From Octopus sinensis (taxonomy: Eukaryota): a DNA stretch of 64,000 nt. A program made the position numbers and the translations under genes. The stretch covers positions 94,922,001 through 94,986,000 of the forward strand of contig NC_043000.1 of the NCBI RefSeq assembly GCF_006345805.1, written 5' to 3'. Below are positions 24,674 to 39,383 of this stretch, one piece after another. The notes beneath the pieces were generated by a model. The model searched no databases and was not told the origin of the DNA. It saw only the letters and a program-made list of their open reading frames with translations. Numbering within the stretch: position 1 is the first letter of the stretch; each line of letters starts with the position of its first letter.

Positions 24674-24920
24674 GTGAGTGAGTGAGTGAGTTTGCAGATC
24701 CACAAACGTTCACCTTCCAAGTGAATGTAGGCCAATGCTCTAGAATACGGTCGTAGGAGCATTTATTGCATTCATCACTTCGTCTAGTGGACCTTTTGAT
24801 GACTGCTTGATCATTAAAATATGAACGCAGAATTGTTATCCATCTGATTGGGAATCACAGATTAATGCTGGCTAAGAACGTCGTGAATGAAATAGAAGGA
24901 AAAACAAAGAATGCCTGAGG

Positions 24921-24957
<37 letters not shown>

Positions 24958-25317
24958 TGTGTGATGGGTTGTGAGTAGGAAAGGAGGGAGAAGGGAGAGA
25001 TACAAAAGGAAGTGGATGGAGATCGCGAGGCGCAGAGAGTTAGTGAGGGAAGGTAGGAGAATGATGTGAGGACAATATTCAATAAAGAGACTTGGTTCCT
25101 GATGGCAATTACCAGGAAACAATAGTAAATAGAATACAACGAGGATACAAGTCAAGCAAGGTTGAATTACTGATATTGTAGCATCTTACCAGAATGTGCT
25201 TAACGGAAAGAATAATGGTGAACGAGTTTAATGGAATATAAAACGGGTCAAACAACGTATATGGCAAAGAAAACCACAACGCGTAGGTTATGTTTTCGTG
25301 TACAATATAAACGGTGA

Positions 25318-25475
25318 AGCGTGGCTGTGTGGCAAGAAGCTTGCTTCCCAACCGCATGGGTTCGGGCTCAATCCCATGGCGTGGCACCTTGGGCAAGTGG
25401 CTTCTGCTATAGCCTCGGCCAATCAAACCCTTGTGAGTGAAGTGTATAGACAAAAACTGAAAGAAGCCTTTTGTA

Positions 25476-25506
<31 letters not shown>

Positions 25507-25590
25507 GTGTGTGTGTGTGTGGTGTGTGAGAGTCCGTCTTTGTGTCTGAATTTGTTCCAGCACCATCGACACCAGTGCGTCACTGGTACT
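25318..25590 (+). mobile_element. SINE family B, tail interrupted by family A copies
   Basis: GCGTGGCTGTGTGGCAAGAAGC head, GTGGCACCTTGGGCAAGTG CORE-like motif, internal (TG)n. Confidence 0.85.
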
Positions 25591-26200
25591 TAATTAATCC
25601 ACCCGGAAAGGATGAAAGGCAAAGCTGACCTCGGAGGAATTTGAACTCAGAACGTATCGGCAGACGAAATACCTATTTCTTTACAACCCACAAGGGGCTA
25701 AACAGAGGGAACAAACAAGGACAGACAAACGGATTAAATCGATTATATCGACCCCAGTGTGTAACTGGTACTTAATTTATCAACCTCGGAAGGGTGAAAG
25801 GCAAAGTCGACCTCGGCGGAATTTGAACTCAGAACGTAACGGCAGACGAAATGCGGCTACACATTTCGCCCGGCGTGGTAACGTTTCTGCCAGCCCGCTC
25901 CCTTATTCAGCTGTAGAATATTATTTATTGTGTTTCGCCGGCCGAACGGGGTCGATAATTAAGTTCCAGTTGCATACTGGGGTCGATCTAATTGACTAGC
26001 CCCCTCTCCAAAAAATTCGAGCCTTGTGATTAGAGTAGTAAAGAATATCATTTATTGTGTTCATTCCATAGTAATGAATATCAATATCATCCGAAAGGAT
26101 GAAAGGCAAAGTCGACCGTGGCAGAATTTGAAGTCAGAACGTAATGACAGACGAAATATCGCTACACATTTCGCCTGGCGTGCTAACGCTTCTGCCTTAA
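25590..26200 (-). mobile_element. Cluster of SINE family A: minus dimer 25590-25905, plus partial ~25930-26045, minus partial ~26090-26200
   Basis: Family A core and head motifs; the junction GACGAAATACCTATTTCTTT matches other arrays. Confidence 0.8.
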
Positions 26201-26905
26201 ATATTATTAAGGTCGGTACACCACTAAACAGATCCAGTTAAGATGTAATTGCATTTATGTGTTTGGCATATTATAACTTTCAAGGTTTTCATTACTAGGA
26301 AATACATCGGTTAAATTCAATTTTACTGTTGAATTTTAATTAGTTATTATTGCTATGGAGGAACAAAGTATGAAAGAAATTTAACCTCCTCTTTATGAAG
26401 AAAAGAAGAAAACGAAATAAGCGAATCAATCAATATGGCGCCGTGGAAATGATGAATTGTAATGTTTATCCAACATGATTAATATGGCGACGGTCTGATC
26501 TCACATTACAGAATGTGTGATGGCCATCGTTAAGTTCTTCTTTGGTGAACGCGACGACCAGGAATTACAAAGAATCTCGTTTGTCTTCATAGATATACCC
26601 ACAATTAATTACAGCCGCAACCTCACTGGAACCAAAGGAAGATGGTTTGAAAAGCTGAAATGAAAGCAAAATCTGTAAATATATGAATTTGATTGGGAAC
26701 TAGCATAAAATTATAAGACGCTAAAACAAATAAAGACAATCAGCATCCCCTCTCAGTTCACAAGAGAATCACAGATGCACACTTGTGCATGTGTGTGTGT
26801 GTTTGCGTGTGCGTCTATTTGTGTGTCTCTGTGTGAATGTGAGTGTATATGTACATATACATATACTTATAAATATATACACATTATACACATATATATA
26901 CATAG

Positions 26906-26986
<81 letters not shown>

Positions 26987-27029
26987 TATCATATACTTAC
27001 TTACATACATACATATATAAGTATGTCCA

Positions 27030-27570
27030 GAGAACAAGACGTCATCATTCCTCTTTTCTCTTCCTTTGTACGCCCACACTTCGAATATTCCTGCCCTCCT
27101 GTGTTCACCCATTGCAAAACCAAACATTTCAAAAACTAAATCATCCCAGAAGGCATTTCCTAAAAGAATTAAGGGCATGACTGATTTCGATTATTGGGAC
27201 CGCCTTAAAGCATTGAAACTCTATTCGCTCCAGCGCCGCCGTGAGTGATAAATCATTTGCACCTTGTGGAGAATATATCACAAGCATTTCCCAAACGACC
27301 TCACCATTAGTTTCGGAATTCATCCATGGCTAGAACCTCGGGCCATACGTCCACTACCCAATTCAGGATCACAACACATAAATACACTGCAACAATTTCT
27401 TTTTCTCAACAGGCCCTGCACTATTTAATATTGTCCCAAAGCAGATCATAGAGGAAAAGGATCTCTTTAAACGGAATCTGGACAAATTTCTTCAAGGAAC
27501 GCTAGATAAACCATCTATACCTGGATACAACTCACTCAACAAGTGCTCCTTACTCGAATGGGCTTTTTGA
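27030..27570 (+). mobile_element. CR1/L2-group LINE 3' fragment, decayed
   Basis: FVRPHFEY, KRIKGMTDFDYWDRLKALKLYSLQRRRE, TGPALFNIVP, FKRNLDKFL..DKPSIPGY motifs across frames. Confidence 0.85.
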
Positions 27571-27589
27571 TATCCTTCTTCGTCACTGT

Positions 27590-27945
27590 TATATCCTTTA
27601 TATGTCAGTATATTGATACGCCCACAATAAAGCGTTCTGCATGTCCATTAGATCTGGGATGCTATGGCGACGTAGTTATGCTCTACCACGAACATTTCAC
27701 AAAATTTCTTGAATTTGCTAGACACAAATTGCATTCCATTGTCACACACTATTACGTCTGGGATGTCAATCTTCGAAACAATTCATGTAAAGCATTTATC
27801 ACAGATGAGGTGATTGGTGATTGGCTCTTTACACTTAACAATTACAGGCCATTTCGAGAAACTATCAACTACCACTAAGTAATAAGAACCATTTAAAGGA
27901 CTCGCTGCATCGATATGTAGCAACGACCATGGATCATCTACTTTT
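27590..27945 (-). mobile_element. Ty3/Gypsy integrase core fragment, decayed
   Basis: Minus strand PWSLLHIDAASPLNGSYYLVVVDSFSKW...IPDVIVCDNGMQFVSSKFKKFC...HPRSNGHAERF, with frameshifts and a stop. Confidence 0.88.
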
Positions 27946-28258
27946 TTCTAAGGTTCACCTTTTATCGCGGGAAATTTTTTTGCGAACGGTACATTTCATT
28001 TTGATTTAAATATATGTGTACAACTTTGTTTTACTGCGATTTTTTGTTTCAGTCCCTCAGCCGCATTTGAATCTTCGACCAAGGCAACTATATTTCTACA
28101 CAAAACACTTATGGGCTTATTCCATAAATTGAATTATATATGTATATGTGTGCGTTTGTGTATCCTCTTATGTTCCTTGAGCATCTGATAATACAGTACT
28201 TGTACCACGTCCTCGCGTTACTGTCTTTCCTTGTTTCTTCTTCTTTGTTTGGATTCAC

Positions 28259-28379
<121 letters not shown>

Positions 28380-28432
28380 ATATAATATATATATTATATA
28401 TATATATATATAATATATATATATTATATATA

Positions 28433-28465
<33 letters not shown>

Positions 28466-28615
28466 ATACAGTGTACATTTAAACACATAAGGAATCCACT
28501 CGTGGGATTCATCAGGCTAGAAAGAACACCTAGGTTCTATAACCCCAAAATTAGGGATAAAATCCCGAAAGGAACGAAATGAAAAAATAAAAACTTTTAC
28601 CATCTAGTTTCCTGA
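28466..28615. repeat. PLE-type terminal repeat fragment next to long (TA)n (28260-28465)
   Basis: Homologous to 3805-3950 (ACACATAAGGAATCCACT...TTTACCATCTA). Confidence 0.7.
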
Positions 28616-29281
28616 AATATTGATTTCTGATTTTAGTTTAGCAAATAAAATAATATTCGCTAGGTGAAATCGTCGTCAACAGGTACACCTTAGATTAAAT
28701 ATATATAAAACACGAGGCAATCAATTATATGCCTCTTGTTAATACATCCTAATTTTTTCAAAATCTACTGCGCAGACGCAGCTCCTCTTCGGCAACAAAA
28801 AATGCCAACTTTTAAACTTCGGATATTATCCAAAACCTTACAATACTTAATCATATCGAAGGGAAATGGAAATTAATAGAAATGTTCACTTCCAGTGGCC
28901 TAGCGTGAAAGAAATTATATATATATGTGACTCTGTGTGTGTGTATGTGTGTGTGTGTGTGTGTATGTCATTGTTCAGTTTTATTTCAAGATTTTTTGCC
29001 AATAGAGAAAGAGCCGGTTTCTAACAAAGATCCAAGTTTCCTTCTTTGTAATTTCAATATCAACAACAGGGTATTTTTGTTTGTATGTATGTATGTATGT
29101 ATGTATGTGCGTATGTATGTATGTATGTATGTATGTATGTATGTATGCATGTATGTATGTATAAACACACAAACATCTCATGGAATATTCTTCGCCGTTC
29201 GTTTGTTAAGATCAATCACAATCCACTTTAAATATTTCATTTATATCCCATGTTACCACCTATTTTTAAAGCACAATTGTT

Positions 29282-29306
29282 CTACTACTACTACTACTAC
29301 TACTAC

Positions 29307-29333
<27 letters not shown>
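29282..29333. repeat. Perfect 52-bp palindrome formed by (CTA)n fused to (TAG)n
   Basis: Centre ACT|AGT at 29307/29308; 26-nt arms are exact reverse complements. Confidence 0.95.
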
Positions 29334-29344
<11 letters not shown>

Positions 29345-29682
29345 CGTTTTTACATCTCATAATATTTTCGGTACAACCCGGTAACCTTGTCATGTGAGTT
29401 GAAAGATTTTGTTCTTTATTAGAAACGTTTTCTACACATGTTTTTCATTGATTCTTTCTTTGGAAATTTTCTTTTGTCTTTTCTACAGTATTTATTGCTT
29501 TCGCCCGGTGTGTCTCAACATCTTCGGTTGAATGGTACTTTGCAATTCCTGAGTCGAGATCATTTTGTATGAGTTGAAATCGGCTATAATTCATTATAAC
29601 TGTTTCTTTTCCACCATACAGTACCGCCCTGTATTTTAAATACGCTACTTCTTCGTAATTTATTATTCCCTCTCTCACCCTA

Positions 29683-29715
<33 letters not shown>

Positions 29716-29859
29716 CTATCTATCTATCTATCTCTATCTATCTATCTATCTATCTATAGTTATCTGTGGGAGACAGAGAGACAGATGAAGAGACAGAGAG
29801 ACAGATATAGTTGCATACATAGATATATATTTTATGTATGCATATAAATACAGGCACAC

Positions 29860-29913
<54 letters not shown>

Positions 29914-29951
29914 ATACTAGACAAAGAACTTTTTATTACCCTCTCTCTCTC

Positions 29952-30019
<68 letters not shown>

Positions 30020-30028
30020 TATAGCAAG

Positions 30029-30122
<94 letters not shown>

Positions 30123-30405
30123 AAGAGAGAGGAGAGAGTGTAAGAGGCAGACAAACATACAGACGGACAAAGACAGACGCAGGAAGAGACTAAACGAATG
30201 TGCAACTGAAATTTTAATTCGAAGGCAAATAGCCAGTATTTAGAACACCATGCGTGTTCCTGAAGGTCTGAAGTGAAAGATGACGTAACTAAATACATTA
30301 TACGATCAAACGCTTCCTCTTTGTTATGCTTTATGTTTATTACATAAATAAATGCATGCTCACATATTCATAAGCATAGCTGAATGTATATGTGTCCTCA
30401 TGTGC

Positions 30406-30444
<39 letters not shown>

Positions 30445-33400
30445 CATGTTTGAGTATGTATGTGTGAGTGTGTGTGTGTATGCACATACCTATTTTGAAT
30501 CTGTAAGCTACTTCATGTTAAAAACGCATTTGCTTTAAAGCGATTTTATAGATTTTATACACACAATGACTCCCAGGTGAGAAAGCGGCCGCGTGGCATA
30601 GTGCGTTGGGCATCGTGTTAAAAGCTTTCGCAGCATTTCATATTTCACTCCATCTACGATTTAGCTATATATACATATATCATATATATGTGTGTCCATG
30701 TATGTTTGCATATGCATACTTGTGTATATATGTCTTTACATAATTCTGTAAGGGTTCGATTTGCCTTCCATTTAGGATCTATTGTGTAGATTTACCTGTG
30801 CATGTGTAACCTCGTGCCATCCTGCGAAATAACTATAGATATTCGAAAGTATGTTAAACTGAGCATACATTAATTGAATAGCCAGATGTTCTTAATCCGA
30901 GCGATGTATCTCTTAATGTAACAGACAATAATCTCAACATGAACAGAGAGGTGCCAATTATCTATGTCAGCTAAGAAATGCTATCAACAGCGGCACTATT
31001 CATTTCTTCCGAAAATATCCAAAAGGCGTACATAATTATATTAATGAATTTTAATTAACAATTCAACGCGGATTTCAGGCGGATATAAAGGAATTTTACG
31101 TGTCTTCTAACTTTGTTATTTAAAAATGGCTACCTTAATAGTCTTTTCCCAGCACAACAATGCTCTTTCGACTAAAGCAGAATTCCAATCATTATTAAAA
31201 CCAGTATTGTTTGTGAGAAGATATTTTTCAATATAATTGTATATATCTGCACGAATTAATGTACAGTGTGTTCATAATTGTTGCATTATTTACTTACATG
31301 TATATATAATATCTTATCTTCAACCTAAACATCCTCTTCACCTTTATGGGTATAATTTGATGTGATTCTGGTTTAATATATCTGAAAGAGAAACTGCTGT
31401 AACTAACTCGTATTGATACTTTTATTATGATTATCTCTTTTAGTTTTATGCGTGATTTTATCTTATATTTTTTATAGAAACCATCTATGATTATTTTTAA
31501 GAAAATTTCTTTAGTTGAGTTCACAGATTTAGATAGGTTATGTGCCGTGGGGCTCGTATTTGGTTATTTCTTTGATATTTTATTTAGTTAATCGGTTTAT
31601 TTGTTACCAAACTCACTAATTGGATAAGTAAGTGCATGAGATTAAATTTTGGCAAATTTATATTCCTTAGATAGTATATAAATATAGAAAATTACAGGTA
31701 TATAAGTTTATCGTTTTTTTCTTTTTTCAACACAGTAAGATGAACAGTGTAGAGATTCAATTATCCACAGCATTACGGAAAGTGTTCTGGAATTCCGCAC
31801 TTGTAGAAATTGTAACGTATGGCCGCTAATTTTGAGATGCAGTAGGTATTTTTACCTCCCGAGAACTGTAAGGGCTAAGGAGAGAGTGGATAACTCAAGA
31901 AAACTGTAGCAATTTCAAAAACAAAAATCACGATATATATGTATAAAATCATTCTTTTCTTTTTTCTGGATGTAAATAAAAAAATTGTGTGATGCTATAA
32001 AACTAAAAACAGGCTCGCATGATTATTATTTCTCCCTCCTTTGTACACCTTTGTTGCTTACAACATTCCAACATAATTTTCTAAATGTATTTTTTATTGT
32101 ATTCTGCATTCTTGCCAACACCTGCTCACGTCCTACTTCACAAACCTTTTCATTGTTCTCAATATTTTTGCTAATAGCTATCCACTCTCTCCTGAGCCCT
32201 TACATTGTTTGCGAATTCAACCCATTAAGCAAATTTTATTAATCATTGCTCTCAATATTTTTGCCAACACCTCGCCATTCACTAAGCCCCCGATCTTGTT
32301 TGTGCGCGCACCATTTACACTGACTTGGGGTTTGCTACTAAATTTAATTGTCCGGTATTTTCTTCCACGCATATATAGCCTCCACCATTGACATCATTCC
32401 TCCACTCTTTTAATTTTCTTATTTCCATTTCGTGGCTGAAGTACTCAACTTTTTTTAGCTAACACAGTCCACCATGATTTTTCTTTGGTTGTATTATTTT
32501 ACTATTAGCTGTATGTTGCTTGTTTATCAGTACAGCAGTTGGATTTAACAAGTGGGTTTTGTATAGAGGGGTGCTCTTAATCAATATGACAAAGGAAAGA
32601 CCATCAAGTTAAGTGAAGATGGTATTTAAAAATAAATGAGTGGGAAATGGATTACGCTGTTATTCATATTTTTTTAAAAACTTACATGCGGGAGAAATAA
32701 TACTGCCATTTTGCAAAAACATTGACTCTTGCAATTCCCACAGCGATAACACTCCATAAAAAATAGACAAAATCTAGAAGTTTGTATGACGATTTGCAAG
32801 AAGAGGAATACAACACACAACTTCTAATACAAAAGGTTTTCTAACAAATAAAATTTAGTTTAAAAGGTTTTAACTGTGCCTTAAAATGCACATTAACAAG
32901 AAGTTGCAATTAATTACTTACTCTGTAGATCTGGAAATAATGAATAATAATAAACAATGAATAATCAGAATAAACTGTATAATTTTAATGTGTTTGGGAT
33001 TATGTGAGTGCATGCGTACGTAGAGTTGGATTTTTATTTCTAGAAAAGAATAATTATCATCAGGTTTTAAAATTTTCAGAATTCTTCTCATACTTTTCGC
33101 GTGGGGGTGAAGTACGGTTCGTGATATGAATTAAAATCTCCTATGCCTGTAAAATACTTCAAAATTCTAAGGGCTTCAAGGGTAATCATGGATATCTGTA
33201 AATGTGCACGTTTCCCGTCAGCAGAAAATGTATATCAAATTCAACAATATATTGTGGCACTAGCAAATTTTGTAGCCTTTGAAGAATTTGCAGAAAATTA
33301 TATGTTTGAATTGCTTGAGTCCCATCGAAAGAGCTTGTCTCGAGAAGTGCTGGTGTTGTTAAAAGAAGGACGAACTGTGAGACAACAAAGTGGCTGTGGA

Positions 33401-34716
33401 AGCTCCACCAACTTCACTTGTCGGCAAAACAATAATGGCTAAACGTTTAGCATTTATAGAAGGTCTTACACTGAATGTATAGAGACTATACCCCTATACG
33501 TCAGTAAACTTTGGATAAGGTCATCCCTTGACTCTGATAATGATACTTCTCTTTCTCTAGTACTTTCAATTCCTTTTCCTACTATCAACATTTTTTGTGG
33601 TAAGCTACGATATTAATTGCATCTTTTAACTAATTTCATTTAGAACATACACCGACTAAATTGCATTAACAAACACCATTATTTGTCTTTCAGCCTTCTA
33701 TGCCATGCTTCCATTACTAATGTAGAATTTTACCGCATTAATTCATTGCCGTACCAGACATATCATAACTTTGGCGTTTTTCAGTTTCTTGCTATTTCTT
33801 AGCAATTATTAATTGTGGCCATCTCACGTACATACTTCCTGATCCGATGTAAGCAGTCGTGTCGTACGTTTATTTAGCAAATCTGACAATGAAATCAATA
33901 CGAAGTAATTATACAGTTTAGCAGACTCATATCCCTTAATGATATACGTTTAACTCTTTAGTATTGCACTTTTTTCTCCTTTTGAAGAGTTTTAATTAAA
34001 TTTGCGTCCTGAAATCCCTTTGTGAGACTGTCTACCGTTAGAACATCATGGTTTCCTTCAATGAATATCTGATTTGCATATTAATAAAGTGACAACAGAG
34101 TGACGATGAATATACTTTAATCTAAAATGTACACATCTAATTTCAGGACCATCCACGTCTAATTTCAGTCAATGGACCATTCTGACTAATGAAATAAATT
34201 ATGCGATATTATTTGCATTCACATTTATAGTTTAAACAGTCTTATTGTCGAGGTAATCTTACCACAGAAACAATTTTAGCTCTTTCGTAATTTTCTGAGG
34301 GTACTAATTTCATTGAACGATAAGCTATTTTATTTCTTAAAAATAATTCATTTGCAATACAAAAAGCAGTTTTTTTATATTCTTTCAAGCGTATCGTTTA
34401 AAATACATCATATTCAACAGAATTGGACTTACTGTGAGATAGCAAAGTTTATTAGTGTTGTATGAATTCTCGCTAAGATACCACCATAAAAGAAATATGA
34501 TCGTGGATGTGTCATATTGGAACTGCATTATGTTTTGGCTGCTAAGTCAGTGCAACTTTGCAATTGTTATTTTATTGTATTAAGGTTATGAGACTTATAA
34601 GGATAATCGTGTGACATGAGAGAAAAGTGTGGAATAAGACCTTTTCTATGTATATACTATTGCTACGAAACCAGGAATAATTTTGCATATAGAAGTGTCA
34701 CTGAAACTACACTTCT

Positions 34717-35324
34717 AATTTCTTTATTGCCCACAAGGGGCTAAATATAGAGGGGACAAACAAAGACAGACAAAGGGATTAAGTCGATTACATCGACACC
34801 AGTGCGTAACTGGTACTTAATTTATCGACCCCAAAAGGATGAAATGCAAAGTCGACCTCGGCGGAATTTGAATTCAGAACGTAGCGGCAGACGAAATACC
34901 TATTTCTTTACTACGCACAAGGTGCTAAACACAGAGGGGACAAACAAGGACAGACAAACGGAATAAGTCGGTTACATTGACCCCAGCGCGTACCTGGTAC
35001 TTATTTAATCGACCTCGAAAGGATGAAAGGCAAAGTCGACCTCGGCGGAATTTGAACTCAGAACGTAACGGCAGACGAAATACCTATTTCTATTTCTTTA
35101 CTACCCACAAGGGGCTAAACACAGAGAGGAAAAACAAGGACAGACAAAGGGATTAAGTCGATTATATCGACCTCAGTGCGTAACTGGTACTTATTTAATC
35201 GACCCCGGAAGGATGAAAGGCAAAGTCGACCTCGGCGGAATTTGAACTCAGAACGTAGCGGTAGACGAAATACCGCTGAGCATTTCGCCCGCCGCGCTAA
35301 TGTTTCTGCCAGATCGCCGCCTTA
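34717..35324 (-). mobile_element. SINE family A trimer with 17-bp target-site duplication
   Basis: One head and three body units; ACTGAAACTACACTTCT at 34700-34716 and 35336-35352. Confidence 0.92.
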
Positions 35325-38029
35325 GAAACTACTTGACTGAAACTACACTTCTGTCAAGTAGTTTACATGGCTAAAGAGGTTTTATTCTAGCGGCCAGTTG
35401 TTGGAAAGCTATCTTAAATATTAATATGTAACAATTGATTAAAATCTATCAATTAAGTTCAACGATATTAACGTTTTACTGGACTTTTGATGATCATGAT
35501 TGCTCTAAACTTATTGAGCCAAGCGACTCATTATAACTTAAGATTGAATGGCAGATTTCTGTTTACACTGAGGTAAAGACTTGATGCTGATATGAAGAAT
35601 ATAGAAGACATAAATGTATGCATTTGTAGAAACACGAATTAACGTATTGTACAGATACCATTATAGTATATCCTCGACGAAATCCAACTTTCAAATTAAC
35701 ACCCTTATATTAGCAGAGTTCACTCTTTGGGACTCGGTTTGTCAATGCATATATACTGCTTGTAATATGTAACTGTTTATTTATTTCTGTCTAGATCATA
35801 TCATGGAATCTCTTCTCCATTATTTGTCATTGATTGTAGCGACTCCCTGTGCAATTCTGTTTGATCTTTTTAAGGAGTCTGTAGTTATCTGACGATCTCT
35901 AATGTAGGTAATTAAATTCGAATTACTAACTGTTAACGTTGGATTGAAAGGTTAATACTTGTTTAGACTTACATAAAGCATTGATTAGGACAAGTAGTAT
36001 AGTAGTAATTAAATCGAAGAAGACATGTGGTCGGGGACCAACAAATGCGCATATTTTTCTATCTTCTTTCATGCTCGCTTTATTTAACTTTTCTGTCAAC
36101 GTATTATTTATGTACAAATTACATTATGAAACTAACACACATAAAAATTATGCTAATTAACAAAAACCAATTAATTTTAATTTTCGCAGTTCACAATTCT
36201 TTAATAAAAATGCGTTATCAATATCAATATTCTAATTGTTACCGAAACACGAACGTCGTAGCTGAAAGATTGTAAAAGAAAATAGCATTTGAGTTAATTA
36301 GCTCAAATTGAAAACTTTTGTTAAAACTTTAAAAACATTTTTGAGAAAGTAAAGGAATGAAAGTCGTTTCACACAATCAGATTACTATTCTTCTTTTTTA
36401 CTTTCTGTCACTTCAAACTTACAAACCATCACAACAATACTAAATGCTGTATGTCCTCAGCTTATACAATGATTTGAAGTGTTTAAGCTTGAGTATAAAT
36501 ATCTAATTTAAACCTGTATTCTACAACATATTAACTATTATTTCCTTCTTTTTCTCTCTTCCTGATCACAATTGCAAGATCAAAGAGGATGTCTCTAGTG
36601 TCGAGGAAATCTGAAAATATTCATAAATTTCAAATATAACTCTTATAATAGTGACCAACCGTAGACTAGAGTTAAGCTCTCAAGAAGATTCAACGACATA
36701 GTTTTGATCTTTAGTTGTAAACATTTAATTTCATTAACGTTCTTCGGGAAGTAATGACGTCATATAATCCTATTTTCGTTTTGCAATTATTCTGTTTCAT
36801 GCAGGAAATCTGTACGGTATATCTTGTAGCGAAGGAGAAATTGTTTCAGAAAGAAAACAATTGAATCAAAGGCTTTGCATTTTCTATTTAGTTGATAGCT
36901 AATATTTTAAAGTTTCTTTTATCGTTTAAAATAAAATTTCATAATTAAATCAAACACTAGCTGTGTGGCTTCTGACATGCGTTGAACGCGAAAATGTAAT
37001 CGAGTTGGTGAGACAGGGCAAAGAATTTACACAAAAGTGAGAAAAACTTTCTTATGAAATTTATCACTGGAGAGAGGATTTCGCAACGGCTAGATTGCAC
37101 CTTAACATATGTATGGATAATTAACTCATCAGTTTATCGATTGCATTGGTTCACGCAGCTGCAACGAAAAGAAAATATATAAACAAAAATTAAACGGAAA
37201 ATTTGTCGTGCAGAAAGAGCTGATAGATCGTAGAAAAACGATAGAAAATCTTTAGGCACAAGAAAACTATAACGTTAAAAGTTAATTCTAAAATAGTTAA
37301 GCATTCCACATATCTAGTTATAAGTTAACTCTATTATAAGGCATCAATATAAAGATGAAGTAATAATAGGAATAGTTCAAAATACAGATATAACCTCATA
37401 ATTACATCAAAGTACAGGCTCAAGGGAGTCTTCTAGTGCCTTCGCTATTGATACCTTTCCTTTCTTTTATCACTCACTTGTTTCAGTCATAGGATTGTTG
37501 CCTTTCTGGGACACAATCTTGACGGATTTTAATTGAACAAATCGACTTCAGTATTTATATTTTAAGTATTATATTTTTATTCTGCTAGTGTCTTTTGCCG
37601 AACCCGCTAAATTACGTGGATGTAAATAAACCAACACCGATTATCAAGCTTTGTTTGGGAACAAATACAGACGCAGGTATACGCCGACGACCGCTCGGTT
37701 CAAAGTCTCCCTTGACCACAAGTGGCCTGAACTCTTTACATGAACACCATCCTGTACATAACTCCATGTCCCCCTACATGGCCTTGCTTTTTGCTTTTTG
37801 AGCCAAATAATTAACTAACTAACTAACTAACACACATAATGTGCGAGGAGAATTCTAGAAGTTTTGATACTATTTTGGGGAAGCAGTTATAGCTATCGTA
37901 GATTATTATAATCTTAATATATAATTACATTACATCAAATAATTTTACATGCCACTGGTGTCATTTCACACTGAACAGACGGCTATAACGGCACTTTGAA
38001 CACACTCTAGAAAACACTACATGTTACAG

Positions 38030-38575
38030 TTGGCTAATCCAGTCGGGACAGCTTTGAAGCTCACAAAGTTTTCTGTTAAACTGGGCAAAAATGGTACAGA
38101 AACTAATGACATTCTCCAGGTTGCTGATTATTTCCTTTGTATTTGCCGAAGATCTGTTTTTCGCTTGGACAAGAGGTCAAGCAAATCAACTCCACAATGA
38201 AGCTCATAATAACCCCATTTGTCAACAAAAAGGGCATCATCTACATGCACTGGTATCCCTTTAGACTGTCAACAAAGAGTGTTTTGTGGAGGCTTTGAGG
38301 AAGTCCAAGAAGAGATTTCATCGCAATAGGCGAGAGCGACTTCACAATTCCATCCTAATGCCTACTTACTTGACGGAGATTAGCATTAAAACTCTTCCTA
38401 AACTTCTCTACAGTTCAAACCTTACTTCCAGGGATATTTGGTTGTCCCTCAAGCTGGAGTAAAATGAAGCTTTGGAAAGGAATGCTGGATGCTTTCATTT
38501 TGGAGAACTGCCATAGGGCCTTCACGAAGTAGCTGGGGCGCTACAATCGCATTTAAGTCAGAGAACCCTATGTTA
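38030..38575 (+). pseudogene. Decayed mariner transposase
   Basis: Remnants KLGKNGTETNDILQVA, VNKKGIIYMHW, TVNKECFVEALRK and an HPPYSPDL-like TLPKLLYSSNL segment. Confidence 0.7.
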
Positions 38576-38779
38576 CAGGAGAATTTGAGTTTTGTCCTTG
38601 GAAATTAATAAATACCTCTCCTGAAAAATTCTCAGAACTTCTGGAATGTATTTTGCATTATATGTGTATATATACGTAGTTATATGCTTATAAACATACA
38701 GACAGACAGACAGACAGACAGAAAGGCAGGCAGCAGCCAGGCAGCCAGGCATACAGACAGACAGACATGCATGCATGCA

Positions 38780-39290
38780 TGATGGTGGTAGTCGTTTGCA
38801 GTCCGAGAATGGGGGTTCTGTATATTATTGCTGGACAACCTGCACAAAGGATTTGTTTATAGTGATCAAATGTGTGTGGCGTGCATTACCTCATTCCCTC
38901 TATCAAATAGACGTTGCCTGAACAGATGCAAGGTGTGCCATACCTCAGATGCTGAAATGATCGCAGACTAACGTCACATGATATGTTTTGCCCAAGAATT
39001 TAACGCACCACCCGGTCAAGCAATTGAAACCAAGATTTCGCAATCATAAGTGCAACACTATAACAATTAGACCATGCGCCCTTATTCCATACGTTCATAC
39101 ATACATGTACATACATATGTGTATAGACGTGGTTGTGTTGTAAGAAGCTCGCTTCCCAACCACATGGTTCCGGGTTCAATCCCACTGCATGGCACTTTGG
39201 ATAAGTGTATTATACTATTGCTTCGGGCCGACCAAATTCTTGTGAAAAGATGTGGTTAGACGGACTGAAAGAAGCCCATCGTATATACAA

Positions 39291-39383
<93 letters not shown>

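Noticed and set aside
27543-27878. Plus-strand 111-aa ORF with a WSC-like LGCYGD
   Set aside because: It is the antisense frame of a Gypsy integrase remnant.
33143-33442. 99-aa non-repetitive ORF (also 29445-29678, 59481-59711 and 63358-63606)
   Set aside because: No recognisable motif or supporting gene structure; length is compatible with chance.
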